A DNA stretch of 64,000 bases from Rhina ancylostomus (Eukaryota), in contig JARFYF010000001.1 of the NCBI GenBank assembly GCA_030265395.1, positions 41,323,448 to 41,387,447 on the forward strand, in the 5' to 3' direction. Shown here piece after piece: positions 50,346-64,000 of this stretch. The position numbers and the translations under genes were made by a program. The stretch's first letter is position 1. Each line of letters starts with the position of its first letter. The notes under the pieces are model-generated. The model ran no database searches and was not told where the DNA came from. It was given only the letters and a program-made list of their open reading frames with translations.

Positions 50346-51599
50346 TTCAACAAGGAGGCAGTGCTGGAGAGTGAGCAGCAAGGACGTAACAAAGGAATAT
50401 GCGAGGCAACAAGAAGAAAAAGCCTACAAGAGTAAAATGAACATGGAAGACACCAACACTGAGTACATAAAAAGGAGTGCAACAGAGAGGAATATGCTGG
50501 AGAAAAAGTGAAAAATTAATAGCAATGAAGTTCCAAGAAGTTTGGGAAATAAAACTGTTTTATTGAAGGCAAAGGATTTAATGGATATTCCACATTTTTA
50601 ATGAAAAAGTTGCAGCGTCAAAAGAAACTCAACCTTAAGTACTATGACACCAACACATTTTAAATGTAGGTGACAGTTCTCTGCCCAATAATATATCTTC
50701 CTTATGGTGCAAAAGATCAGAAATCACCAACTGAAGTTACAAAATTGCTTCATTACTTGCCAAAACATCTTGGCCTTTCATCATTAGAGATTTGTCAAAG
50801 ATCTAATNNNNNNNNNNCACCCAACTTTTCAGTTTGAATTGTAGAAGTACTCAGCACCATGTTTAAATCTAGGAATTGATGTATCATAATCAGCTAAAAG
50901 ATGTTCTTAAAAAAAAAATTATATACTTCTCCCTGACAGTTGAAGTGACTGGCTACTCAGATGCCAATAATTCACATGGTATATACACAGAAAAACACAA
51001 CTTATTTGCTGACCCAAAAGCAACAGAATTGAGTAGTCAAAAGTATCAACCTCCAACACAGTGACTTGCTTCACAGCAAATATTGCAAAATAAATCTTCA
51101 TTCCTATTGTTTGGTTGATTGAGCAGATTCCAAAGCTGCAGAGTCAAAAAAAAGTTACCTGATTTTTGGTTGTACATTAATTTGTAAGCATGCTTTTGCC
51201 TGCTGAACCTCAACAAAACCAACAGTGCAATCTCACAAATAATCCTGAAACAATAATGCATCTGTTAATGTCAAATAGAAAGCTGTGCATTCTGAAAATG
51301 TTCTCCCAGGTGAAAACACCAATAAAATCCTGAGAACACATCCACAAGAAAAGATACATTATTTTAATAACTGAATTTCAGTTTAAACTTGTGAAGCAGT
51401 AAACATATTAAATTTGAAAACAAAGAGATCAAAATCCCAGACCATCGATAACTGATAATAGCCATAAAACTTATTTCAAGCAAATTGGGCTGTCAAACCT
51501 TATAAAAAGTCACGATTCACTGCAAGTGAAAAATGGAAACTTGTTGGCTTGCTGTTTTGCATAATTACACTATACAGTGAAAAAAGAAAAACAAAAGAC

Positions 51600-52240
51600 T
51601 GCAAATGCAAAACCTTAGTGCACGATAAACAAAGACACAATCAAAGACAAGTCCACAGTAGTGCAAAGAGATGGTCCATAATGTTCCCTTGCTGAGGTTG
51701 GATTAGGGTTGTGCAGGTTGGTTCAAGACCTGATGGTTGTCGGAAAGTAGTTGTTCCTAAACCTGATGGTGTAGGACTTCAGGGTTCTGTACGTCCTGCC
51801 TGATGGTAGTAGCGAGAAGAGGATGTGACCTATATGGCAAGAATCCTTGATGATAGATGCAGCGCCTCCTGTAGATGCTAACAATGAGGGCTGTGTCTGT
51901 AATGGACTGGGTTGTGTCCACAACTCTCTGCAGCCTCTTGCATCCCTGTGTGTTCAAACTGCTGTACCAGGCTGTGATGCAACCAGTCAGAATACTTTCA
52001 TCTGTGCATCTCTAGAAGTTAGAATATTTGGTGCCAAATCTCCTGAAGCTTCTATGAAGGTAGAGGTGCTGGCATGCCTTTTTCATGATTGCATCAATGT
52101 GCTGGGCCCAGGACAGATCATCCCAGATGTTAACACCCAGAAATTTGAAGCTGCTTACTCTCCACCTCTGACCCACCAATGAGAATTGGTAAGTGGTCTC
52201 CTGACTTCCCCTTTCTGAAGTCAACGATTAGCTCCTTGGT
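51600..52240 (-). mobile_element. Rex1/Babar-like LINE RT fragment
   Basis: RVSSFKFLGVNIWDDLSWAQHIDAIMKKACQHLY and FSLLPSGRTYRTLKSYTIRFRNNYFP. Confidence 0.85.
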
Positions 52241-52505
52241 GAGGGGGAAACTTTAAAGATGTGCAGGGCAAATCTCTTACAGAGAGTGGTAGGGGCCTAG
52301 AATCGGCAGCCAGGGTTAGTGGCGGAAGAAGATATGATAATGGTGTTTAATAGGTTTAAGTAGACACATGAATATGGAGGGATATGAATCATGTGCAGGC
52401 AGAAGAGATTTAGTTTAATTTAGCATCGTGTTTGGCGCTGACATCATAGGCCAAAGGGCCTGTTCCTGTCCGTACTTTTCTCTGTGCTATACTGTTCTAT
52501 GTTTC
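52240..52505 (+). mobile_element. CR1 3' tail
   Basis: cagagagtggtaggggcctagaat...tagacacatgaatatggagggatat...aagggcctgttcctgt. Confidence 0.75.
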
Positions 52506-53586
52506 TCCAATAAATGATGCACCACTGTAATAAAGCCTTACTATAATGCAATTAGACTGGTGGTTTCCATCTACAATATAGTGTCACCTTGCCAATAACA
52601 ACTTCCAACTTCATAAATAATAGCAAAACATTTAACAAGCACTCTTGAAAGATCCATATTGCTTTAGTGAAACTGAGGTTAAAAGCATGACAAGGTTTTG
52701 GGCTGAAGCTTTGGTGAATTAGATAACATATAATCATCCAATGTGTCAAAACATCCTGAAAGGCTGTTACATTTTGGCAATTCACCAGGCATTTACTTCA
52801 TGCTATATGTGAAAGCAACCCTCGACATTCAAAAGCAAACTTTTGAACTAGAGCAAGACTTATATGCACAACATCTGGTCACATTGCTTTGCCCAAGTCA
52901 TAACAGAAATCCTTACTATACCAAACTCCCTCAAATTCTTCAAGACTTTGGAAGAACTTTTAATTAAAAGAAAAATTAGACAATGGTATAAAACCAATCT
53001 CACATTATACAAAAAGACAACAAATAATGTACTTAACCATTCAATGAGTATTAAAGAAGTCCTCTCACAGTGTATAACCAAACAAATGGATAGCGTAAAG
53101 ACTACTCATGAAAACAGATCTCACCCAGAAACCAACAAAAGAAAAATCCAGTGTGAGATGTTTCTCCTTGACAATGCAAGGTAAAGGAGGATAGAAAAAA
53201 AACTGTAGGATATTTCACTGAACACAAAAGTTTGAATCTACAACTCAAGGACATTAAATTATGAGATAAAGCTGCTTTTTAAATTTTAAGACCAAACCTG
53301 GGCTAGTGCTTATAACACAAACATTTATCCAAAATGTTATCATAGAATCTTCATTTATTTCTATTGTGACAAAGCTAGAGCAATGTTGAACTAGGACCAA
53401 ATGAAACATTACTTGAGAAATTCAGCATCCATTGGCTCAGTAAACAAGCCAAACACAGCTTTGCTGCAATAATTCAAGACATGAAAAAGTCATGATTTTA
53501 TGTTGTGGCAGAAACAAATGGGTAAATTCAAAAAATTCACACTAGAATAATCAAACAAAGCAAAACTATTATACATGAGGCCCTAT

Positions 53587-53896
53587 TGTTACGGACTAGG
53601 TTATAATTAGTGAGGTTCCTTTAAGAGTGAGTGAGTGTGGCGTGCTTACGTCAACAGAAGATAAAGAACGTCATGACATTGTTGTTGAAACAACCAGTCG
53701 GAGTCAGTCTGNNNNNNNNNNNNNNNNNNNNNNNNNNNNNNNNNNNNNNNNNNNNNNNNNNNNNNNNNNNNNNNNNNNNNNNNNNNNNNNNNNNNNNNNN
53801 NNNNNNNNNNNTTATTATCATAAGTAGTTATTAATAAAGTAGATTTTAACACTTACACATGTCTCGGTGTGTTTCTTTTGTTGCTGGTACGTAACA
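53587..53896 (+). mobile_element. Solo LTR (Gypsy-like) containing a gap, 4-bp TSD CTAT
   Basis: TGTTACG...CGTAACA termini; CTAT at 53583-53586 and 53897-53900; AATAAA near 53833. Homologous to 15113-15799. Confidence 0.85.
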
Positions 53897-56800
53897 CTAT
53901 CTAAATTGCTAGAAAAAATGTTCCCAAATTGTGGACAAAAAAATTGCAGAAAAGTAATATTTACTTTTGAGGTAATTTGCAAGTCAGTAGGCATATTTGT
54001 TTCTTGAGGGGAAAAGAAACATTAACTATTTTTATCCTTTTTAAAAAAATGTTAAATGTCTGTGGAGTGTTTTTTAACCTCAATTCACCCACAGCTCATT
54101 AAACCAATCCAGCAACTTGATTGGCTTGATTCAGTGTCCACTGCAGGATCAAGCCAGTCTGAGGACTAGGATTAGAAGTCCCTAAAAGTGGCCAAGAGTG
54201 AGGCCAGAGACCCAGCAAGCAATCAAGAGAGGCCAGAGACCCAAAGAGTAGGAACAAGTCAGACTCTCCAACCCACTGGATATTCAGGACTATCAGGATC
54301 CATAATCTCCTAGAAGATGTAATTAAATGACTTGGTAAATGGTAGTTAAAATGGAAGATGCTAACAAAACAGGTGAAAACCCTGAAACTGGACGTCACTA
54401 GACCAGTAGTCTGCATTCAGACAGGTATCATCGAACACTGACAGTCAAACATTTGTTTAAAAATTCCTGAGGTCAAGTTCCTTTTTATAAAAACAATCCA
54501 AACAGGACAGTTCTTCCTCCCCAATGTACACTACAAATTGTACACCCTCAAGCACGTGCTTTATCCACATCGAGAGAGCTTAGGTGCAGACTACCATACT
54601 GAAGATTTAGGGAGAGTGAAATGTGAAGACAAATGCCTTTAAAGTTCAGCCAGATAAAAATTTTAAGTACTACCTGCACATCTGATCCACAGTGATAAAT
54701 GAAACATTTTACAGAAAGTAGACATGCTCAGCCTAAACAGATTAAGTTATTACAACATGGAGAGCATGCTGGATTGTGACGTTACATATTCCATTTGACA
54801 ATTTTGATGACTTAGGATTCTAAAATATTTAGCAATATTTTTCTAATTTACTTTATACAGTGCATAGTTAAATTGACAATTAACATATTGCAATTTAACC
54901 AAGGTTAGTTAAATTATCACATCGCCAGTCTATAGCTTTCATTGCAGATAGCATTGATTGCAGGTAGCTTTCATTGTTGTGTATAATCTGCTCATTTAAA
55001 TATATGTGCATTTCTCCCTTGGTTTGAATTCATGGAAATATTCTTCACTGCAGCTACAAATTTAACCTTGCGCTACCAGNNNNNNNNNNNNNNNNNNNNN
55101 NNNNNNNNNNNNNNNNNNNNNNNNNNNNNNNNNNNNNNNNNNNNNNNNNNNNNNNNNNNNNNNNNNNNNNNNNNNNNNNACTGCAGCTACAAACTTAACC
55201 TTGCGCTACCAGCTTTTGAATGTGTTAAAAATATCATATAAATGCAAATTGTTATCCTCTCAAGATGTTTCATATATCTGAGGGAAATGAACATTCAAAC
55301 AAATAAGGGATAATCAAAATATTCTGTGCTAGAGGCAAGTATTGATGAAAGTCTTAAGTGAGAAGAGCAGCAGAAGGATGACAGAATGGGATTTAGACAC
55401 TGAAAACGCAGCTAGAGGGGATGTGGTAGGGGGACAGAACATGAATCAGGATGGAAGTTACAGGACTTAAGAATCTGTATATAGGTTAATCCCATGAAAG
55501 ATATAAACACAAAGATGAATTTGAACTTGCATATTGAATTGAAATATATCTAATGGGACCTGGATTTCATGATGAAATATGGTGAAAACATCAGCACCCA
55601 CCATCATTGAAGTACTAAACTGATAGCAGCTTCCAGAACGACATGCCCAAACACTTTTTTGTATGTTCCTTATCTGGGGTGAGGGGATGGGGCAGAACTG
55701 ATGTTTAGATTGGGGAGCCACATTCTTTGTCTTTGTAGGAAATTATTTGCTCCAAATTCCCACTTTCTCCTCCTTGAATGCCTCCCACTCCTCTGACAGA
55801 AACCTCTTCTCAACCTACTACCTCCAAATCTATCAACATATCTTTCTGTCCCCTTATGTAATTTCCCTGGTCTCCCACTGACTATTGTATATCAATGCTA
55901 TTTTCCTCAATTACTTCAATGTGGTACTGGGTAAAGAGGTGTTGTTTGGATTTCTTATTGCTTTTATTAGACACCACCTTATATTTATGACTTTTGGGTT
56001 TAGAATCCTCCATGTGAAAATATCCAAAGTCCACATGCACAGATTGTACATACAGCCTTCTGAGCAAGAGGTGAGGATACTGCAACAAATAATAAATGAT
56101 AGCAGGAAGAACCCAACTTGTTCCAATATATCACTGTGACGTGTTATTAATGTACCCAATTTCTGTGGCATGGAAGACATATTTCTTCAAATAAATGTAC
56201 ATTTATTCTAAGAAACAGACAATTTCTCCAATATTTCCCATTTCTCTGATATTGGAGAATCCTCCCATTGGAGTACACTTCCAAAGAAAGCAGTAGGACT
56301 AACATTGTCTTCATGAAAATTTCTCTCAAGTACCTATCCATAATCACTACTATCATGGGGGAGTCTGTGCCTAATCATTTTATCATTCTGCTTAAGATTG
56401 ACTTAACCAACCACAGAATATCACCCCCCCCACCATCATCCTATGAAAATCTAAATGTCTCCCCTCCAAAAGTTTCAGTAGAAAACCATGCATGTCTATA
56501 ACAAAATCATGCAAATGTTTGCACCCCCAAAATATTCTCCTCCCATTCTCTAAGTGTAAGTTTTGTTGGGATGCAGACATGCCACAAATCGCTCCTGCAA
56601 GCTTAAATACAGCACTCATGATCCCAAACGAAACCATCAATAGGATTTCATAAGCATTTAATAAAGTATTTGCATTTAATTCAGCATCTTAATGGGTCAA
56701 AATATTTAAGTGTATAATCACTTTAAACTATTTTTGAAGTATACATAAGCAGACCACCAATGTTGTTTAATTAACTTCAATTAATTGATCTGGCAGTCAA

Positions 56801-57751
56801 GGTGAAGATGACCATTTTAATACAAATATATTAATCTTGTTTAAAATGTTAAAATTCATATTCCCAATTATCCACTGCTTTGATGCTGGATGTATAATTA
56901 GTGTTACCACTGATCTTTTATTTTTCCAGATGCATACAGACTCAATTGCATCTCCTGCAGGCTTATTGTAATTTCATAAGCTTAAACATTCTTTTCAAAA
57001 CCTATTTTCAAAAGTTGGAATTTTTTAATGAAAGTAGGGTCAGGACAGCTATCAGTGTACTAATGGTGGACCAAAAGAAGTGCATGAGCACGTAGACTCA
57101 GTAAAGTATGTGGGAGGAGATATTGCGGTGGAAGAGATAGCAGTGATAGGGTGGAATAATGAGGGCAATAATTTTAAATGCAATGCTTTGGAGAATTTTT
57201 GTAGTTCAATGAGAGTGGGGGAGGGCACAGTTTAACACATGACAAAAATATTGGACAGGTTAGAACTTTTGAACTATGGAAGGAGGATGGACCATGGCAA
57301 GATAATTACAACAATACTCTTTTTAATAGTTAAGTCTTGAGTATAGAGTTCCAGCAGCAGATGGGAAAGAGCAGTGGCACTGCAAGTCTTGATGTTGAAA
57401 AGGACATGGGATTATGAACTCAGCATCAAACAGAATGATAATGAACTATCTGGTTCAGTATGTACAGTTCATCAGGACTTCGGAAGTCATTAGCAAGGAA
57501 CAGTAAGTGTATGATAACGATGGCGCTGATTTAACCCAAAATGCCACAAAAAGCCAAGGGTCACCTGAAACCTGATACTAGACATGTTAACATGTGACAT
57601 GTTAAATACAGTTAAGAGTAGTAGAAAAGTAAAACGGGATATCACTGTAAGTAAATGTGCTGTGGAAAGCACTGGCAGGGAGGGGGGAACAGTAAATTGG
57701 TGAAGGCGAAATAGGTAATTGCTGAAGCAGCTATGTACATAGGTGAGAATG

Positions 57752-57825
57752 CAATCTTGCAAGAGCAGTGACGTTAATCAAGTCAACACAATCTTGCAAG
57801 AGTAGTGGTGTTAATCATGTCAATA
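57752..57825 (+). repeat. Diverged 37-bp tandem duplication
   Basis: caatcttgcaagagcagtgacgttaatcaagtcaaca / caatcttgcaagagtagtggtgttaatcatgtcaata. Confidence 0.85.
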
Positions 57826-60123
57826 TTAAAGAGTGATGGAGGGTGACAAGGAAGAATAAGACACTATGGAAAAGTTCATAGACACAGGGGAAAGCATTTT
57901 TCATCTTACTAACAGCTGCCATAAGGTGAAAATGCCAAAATGGGATTGAGATGAACAAGAAATTTTGAAAGAAATGGTGGAAAATTNNNNNNNNNNNNCC
58001 ACATTCAAGACCTTGGAGATTTAATTTTGCAAAACTGTAGACAAATCAAACCACCAAATTATTTCAGTGTGTCAATGAGACAGCAAAACAATTTTTATAT
58101 TTACTGCACCAACAAAGATCCAAGGAAGGAAAGTACTTCACAAATGAAGCCAGATATTTTTCACAGTATGGCATCGCTGACAATATCAATCGCCTTTGTA
58201 ACTTCAATATATGAATCAATTTGACACAAATGTGTGATACTTATTTTTTAAAAAGCTGACAAAATATTAACTTTAAAATAAAACAGGAGATAAGATGTAC
58301 AATTTTTACAATACAGTATCACAACTAAGGATAAGTTCATATTTCTGATTTTCTGAAAACACCACGTTGATAGGAGCATGGTTTATTTTGCTAGCGTTCT
58401 ACAGGGGTTGGAGCACATTTCAAAAGAATCAGTTGTTCTATGATTTTTAATACATCTCCTGCAGTAAGTCCCTGGCTTTAATTTTAAGGCATCATACAAA
58501 AGACATGTTGCTATATGAATCCTTTCAAAGAAGGTTAGAGAAGTATTTTGTGATCATTTACATGAGGGAAGTCAATGCTCCCAAAACAGAACACTTTTAT
58601 ATTCAGGCATTAATTATCATCAGTAAGGTTGAGCAGTTGGATGCAACTCTACTTATCCTTCTGTATTTCTCAATCCTCTCCTCAAAATTATTTTTTTTCT
58701 CTTGACAACTTACAGAATCTCTTAAGGTGCACTACTGGAGAAAACGTTGAATTAATCACAGAAAAAATTCAGAGCAACTTTTTCCGTACTGTTTATTTCT
58801 TCTGCATCTTAATTAAACAATGACTATCATTCTTCTCCATGTAGTCAAAATATCTTCAGGGACTCAGTGCTCTACATCAGTGTAAACTCTTCCAGCCTTA
58901 GAGTACTATCACAACACCAATTATTACTAAGTCACTTTACTTTGCTTGCATCTGAGGCCAAGCATCCAGAACCCATAATCAAGAATTCCCTCCCAAAATA
59001 ACCACCACTGATCCCCTTTAAAAGCTCTTCCTTCAAACTTAATTATGTAAGCAGCTACTTAAACTTTCCTTCTTTGTCTATATTTTAACTTCCATGAAAC
59101 TCTAAACATTTTTCAATATTAAACCCATAAAATAGGTGTAATTAAATATTTAATAAGAGTTAACCAGGCTGCCCATCAACATGGTATTTTCAGATAATCA
59201 GCAATAAGTGTAGGGGACTTGTCAATTAATGATAACTAAACAAGTCCATTTTCTCTCTATAATACTAGTTCTGGCCACCAAAGCTGCACCGAAACTGAAC
59301 CAATAAACAAATTCAAGGAACTGCTCAATTCAGCCCTTGTAAACTGTGCTCAGCAACGGGTCAGTGTTAAGAAGATAGACTGAAGCATAAAATTTCCCCA
59401 TGGCCACAAAAGTAGATGGACATGATAGGTGAATGATATATTAATACAGTATAGAATATATTACAAGAATCTGAATTACAGAGTTGGTCATTAACCAATG
59501 CCACTTCTGGCTGTCAGCTCACATTATTTCAGTTTCTTTAAACTATTACATGGTGTGACTTCTCCACGTCAAGTCTCATCAGTGCATCATCTGTGATTTA
59601 AGCTTAAGTTTTGTTTTCTAAATGGAAGTAATGAGTTTTTTTTAATTGTAAAACACTAGCAATATTACTAATGCGAGCTTTAGGATCTGGCTGTAGGAAT
59701 AGCTATGTTAGCTGTTAATCTGGCCTGTACTGTTAAAGCCAGAGATTAAACACATCTTGAAAAATCTAGGCAGTAATAGTCATTGGCAAATTTCTAGACT
59801 TTAAAATCCAAGGTGCACTTTGCAAACGAGACAGAAGTAGCCAGCATTTTTGAAAAAGCTTGATACATTAAGATAAACAAACTGTGCACCTCCGAATAGA
59901 AGATATCCAATAAACTATTAAAACACTACACAGATACACTGTACACATAAAACTTATATTTATACATTTGCACTCCCTAACATTGATACACAGGAATGGC
60001 CAATGAAATCATATTCCTATGCTCATCAACATTACAGATGTACAGTAAAATAAGTGCAAATCATACTAGCACGTCAACAACTTAGAAATATATTATCCTG
60101 TCCTAAAAGGATCAAATTAAATC

Positions 60124-60312
60124 AAACAAAATGCTGGAGATACTCAGCAGGTCAGGCAGCATCTATGGAAAAAGAAACATTACTTCTGAAACCTATGAAA
60201 CGTCATCAATCAAAGACATTAACTCTGTTTAACTCTCCACAGATGCTGGCTGGCCTACTCAGTATCTCAAGCATTTCCTCTCTTTATTTCAGATTACCAG
60301 TTTCTGCAGTTT
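60124..60312. mobile_element. Penelope-derived fold-back
   Basis: aatgctggagatactcagcaggtcaggcagcatct is inverted against agatgctggctggcctactcagtatctcaagcatt. Confidence 0.7.
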
Positions 60313-61069
60313 GTGCAATTAAATCAGAAGATTTACAAAGAGTCAGTTGTGTCACCAACCTGTCATTTCTCTCTACAGAAGCTAAATGAGTTGTGTATTT
60401 TAGCATGATCTACTTCTGGTTCGTGTCAGGAAGGCACAGCAGTAATCATGAGGAATTTAAATCCATGTGCACACTGTAAAAATCAGATGGGCAAAGGAAA
60501 ACTGGGTGAGGACTTGTTCTCAAAACAGCACATTCTGGAGCCAACCTGACAGTGGGTTATTACAAAACCTGGCATTGAATCAGAAAGGATTAATTAATAA
60601 TTTCAGAGTTAAGGCACCACGTAGTGAGCAGTGATCACGACGGGTTTCAACTTTATATTAAGTTTGAGTGAGTATGGGTGCAAGAGTAGTATTTTAAACA
60701 TGGATAAGGGTACTTACAAGAACATGAAAGCAAAGCCAGCTAAAGTGAGCTAGTAAATTAAGTTATCTGTCATTCCAGATGCAGTAGTAGACATTTAAAG
60801 GCAGATTTCATGATTTACAGAATCAATATAGTCAAGGAGGAATTGTCAAAATTTTGCAGAACTAAGAGTGGAGAGGAAAGATAGCCACTACGAAGAGGGG
60901 GAGCAGTGACATAGGGAATCAGTGGTGATTGGTGAACCGCCGGGGGGGGGGGGGGGGGGGGGGGANNNNNNNNNNNNNNNNNNNNNNNNNNNNNNNNNNN
61001 NNNNNNNNNNNNNNNNNNNNNNNNNNNNNNNNNNNNNNNNNNNNNNNNNNNNNNNNNNNNNNNNNNNNN

Positions 61070-61450
61070 NNTGATGGGGGCTGGAGGGAAGGTATGGCAA
61101 AAGCAACAAAAGTGGGAGGATTGTGGGGGTAAGGCAGAGAGAACAGAGATGCAGGTTACCTGACATTGGAAAATTCAGTATTTATAGCATTGGGCTACAA
61201 ACTGCGCAGGTGGAATAGGATGTATTGTTCCTCTAGTTTGTGTTGGGCCTCACCCTGACAGTGGAGAAGACAGGTTGATGTAGGAATGGAAAGGGGAATT
61301 GAAATGGCACGCAACAGGGAGCTCTGAATGGATATTGCAGACAGAGTGCAGGTAGTCCACAAATCAGTTGCTTTGTCTGCACAGAGGCCACATAAAGAGC
61401 ACCAAATATAGCAGACAAGGTTGCTGGAGGTGTATGCAAATCTTTGCCTC
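61070..61450 (-). mobile_element. Penelope GIY-YIG fragment
   Basis: VRQRFAYTSSNLVCYIWCSLCGL...LLHCQGEAQHKLEEQYILFHLRSL. Confidence 0.8.
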
Positions 61451-63500
61451 ACCAATTTAGGTCCTGTAGAAAATGAGCCTGGGGAACTTGTAACAGAAAA
61501 TAAAAAATTGGTGAATGAGTTGAACAGGTATTTTTCATCAGACGTCACTACAGAGGATATAAACAACATTACAGAAAGAGCTGTAAATAGCAAACATCAC
61601 ACAAATGGTAGGGCATATTGTTGAATCTCCAGGCTAATGAGTCTCTACACCCTGGTGAACTTCATCTTAAGAGGCTAGTGTGATAGCTGTGCATTGGCTT
61701 TAATTTACAAAATTCCCTAGATTTGGGGAAGGCTCCATCATATTTCAAAATGGTAAATGTCCATTTTTGAATGAAAGTTACAAGATGAGAAAGTAGGAAA
61801 CCAGAGGCCAGTTAACTCAGAAATCTGTCATTTGGATACATTAGAAACTATTAAAGATGTTATAACAGGTCACTTAGAAAAGTTCAAGGTAATCAGGCAA
61901 AGTTAACATGGTTCATGAAAGGAAAACATGCATGACTGATTTATTAGAATTCTTTGAAGTGCTAACATGTACTGTGGATAAAGACATACAGGTAGTTGTA
62001 ATATTTTCAGATGTTTTTACGGTACCACACCAAAGGTTAACGCAAAAAATAAAGATTCATGGTGTGAGAACTAACATACTGGCATGGATAGATGACTGAC
62101 TGGCTAAAAGGAAACAGAATTGGCATAAATGATTCTTTTTCAAGTTGGCAAGAAGTAATAAGATTTGCCTTTCATAAAACCTTGATGACTAGGTTTGATT
62201 ATATTCAGCTTTCCTAAATAATTAATTTCCTTTTGGATTATTGACCGCAACATCTTGCTAACAATAGACATTAAATTGACCTATAGTTCCCCACCTTGTC
62301 TTCCTTTATGAACAAGGGAGTCACATTGCCTGGTTTCCAATTTTCTGGTATTTAGTGATTTTGAAAAATTTCAACCAATGGGTCCACCAACTCTGCAGCT
62401 ACCTCGTTTAAAATCCTTGGGCATAGGTCACATTGCGTCTCAATGATTTGTCCATTTTTTGCCTCACGAGTTCCTATAATTCTTTATCCCTTGTAATCAG
62501 GATTTTTACAAGTTCCTTCATGTTATTTGAAATTAGTCCATGTGTTATCTTGGGGATATTTGCAGTATCCTCCACATAGAAGCTTGATGCAAAAAAAAAA
62601 CTGATTTGTTTCCTGTTCACGGAAAGTCCCACACCTACCTTCACCACCCTCTTTATGTTTGTTTTGATATTACATGCAAGTTTTCTCTCAAAATTTAATA
62701 AAAGGTATGGTTGCTAAATTTGCTGATCACACAGTTAGGTAGAAAAGCAAGCTGTGAAGAGGACTCGAGATTAGAAGGGAATACAGATAGATCTTGGCTC
62801 ATTTGTCTAATCGAACAAATGTGGGAAATTAAGAAATTGTTCATTTTGGCAGAAAAAAATAAAAAACATATCATCTAAATGGTGAGAGATCACAGAGCTC
62901 TGAGATAGAGAGATTCAGGTACATGATTTGCAAAAGGCCAGTATGCAGATGTAGCATGCAATAAAGAAAGCTTATAGAATTGTATTATGTATTATGAGAA
63001 GACAGGCAGTTATGCTTCTGTTATAGAGACATGGTGATAACACACCTGGAGCAGTATGTACAGTATTGATCTCCATTTAAAGAAAGGTAAATATGTTAGA
63101 TGCAATTCAGAGGTTTACCACACAAATACTGGAAAGTGCTGCTGTGTTAATGAGGAAAGATTGGACCAGCTAGGTTTGTATCTATTGGAAATTTAAAACA
63201 ATGAGAGGGAAGTATATTGAAGAGGATAAGATCCTAAGGAGAATCTAGAATTAGGTGTCTCTGTTTAAAGATAACTGGTTTCCCATTTAAGACAGATCAG
63301 GTTTTTGTTTTCTGAGGGTCAAGAGTCTTTGAAATTCTTCCTCAAAGGGTGGTGGAAGCAGACTTCAAATGTTTTAAAGACCATTGTTAGATAATTTCTT
63401 AGTAAGCATGAGGGTGAAAGGTTACCAAGAGCAGACAGGAATGTTAGATCAGCCATCATCTTATTGAATGTCAGAGCAAGTTTGAAGAACCAAGTCGCCA
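61450..63500 (+). mobile_element. Degraded CR1 ORF2 with an internal inverted piece (~62160-62700)
   Basis: GELVTENKKLVNELNRYFSS and KTCMTDLLEFFEVLT...VPHQRL..KIKIHGV, followed by a CR1 tail. Confidence 0.8.
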
Positions 63501-63769
63501 AAACCTGCTTGTAATTTTAATGTTCAACTGTTTGTTTCCCAATCACATCAGGCGTGAATTTACAGGCTGCCCTGGAAGAGAAAAACATCAAATCCCTAAT
63601 TTGTTCTGTTTTCTAGAAGTCGAATCTTAAAAATAAACAAATAAACTTCAGTTGAGAAAGAATAGCGTTCATCTTCAAACCTGAACACATTAAGCCGTGT
63701 TGCAATTAGAGTATTAAGGAAAGTCTTGAGATGGTTATTTTATAGGGAAAGGGGAAGCTCGAACTTGTA

Positions 63770-64000
63770 CTGATCTGTGTGCAGCTACGTGGAGAAACGT
63801 GTCACAGGCGGGTCGGGGCTGCACTCATTGTCAAGCCTGTTTTCCCTGAAGCTTCCAGTCCGTCACCCAACAGCTCAGACACCATCCTCTCCGACCTCTC
63901 GGTGGGACCCACTGAATCAGCCCGACTGCGTGAAGGTGGGAGCAGGCCGCAGCCGAGGCCCGGACCTTGCGTACGGACTGAAAACAGCGACTCAACACTG
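63770..64000. promoter_or_regulatory. Edge of CpG-rich region, probably the intron-1 side of the GORASP2 promoter island
   Basis: Abrupt rise in GC and CpG content (ggcgggtcgggg, gccgcagccgaggcccgg) at the position where the missing exon 1 is expected. Confidence 0.6.

Noticed and set aside
55047-55212. 33-bp direct repeat flanking a 100-N gap, superficially like a CRISPR repeat or TSD
   Set aside because: Only two copies, differing by one base and abutting a placeholder gap, which is typical of an unmerged heterozygous overlap.
59564-59571. Exact UPRE-like TGACGTGG (minus strand) in intron 1
   Set aside because: A single 8-mer is expected by chance in 64 kb, and I have no conservation evidence.
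60941-60964. Long G run (also 14228-14241) as a possible G-quadruplex
   Set aside because: Homopolymers adjoining gaps have unreliable length and commonly cause the assembly break.

Overview
This is AT-rich, repeat-dense vertebrate genomic DNA from a gapped short-read assembly. It is most likely a cartilaginous fish (shark, ray or skate), inferred from CR1/HER1-type LINEs, V-SINEs, Deu-domain SINEs, Penelope remnants and a GPR139-like GPCR relic. The only intact protein-coding gene I can support is GORASP2 (GRASP55) on the minus strand. Its coding exons 2-10 (48429 down to 35165) have canonical GT-AG boundaries and join into 427 codons plus stop. Exon 1 lies beyond the right edge, where a CpG-rich stretch begins. 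Just downstream on the same strand is a frameshifted GPR139/GPR142-like 7TM pseudogene. At about 7350-7790 there is an orphan CpG-rich promoter-like region with three CCAAT boxes, E2F- and CHR-like sites and a perfect minus-strand splice donor; its gene is not identifiable here. The rest is mostly transposon debris, including two solo LTRs with 4-bp TSDs, a Tigger-like MITE and Penelope fold-backs with eroded hammerhead-ribozyme cores. I found no CRISPR, rRNA or tRNA genes and no well-supported new biological system. The best leads are the orphan promoter with its possible decayed or non-coding neighbour, an in-frame alternative donor in GORASP2 exon 7, and the hammerhead-like motifs. All alignments were made by eye.
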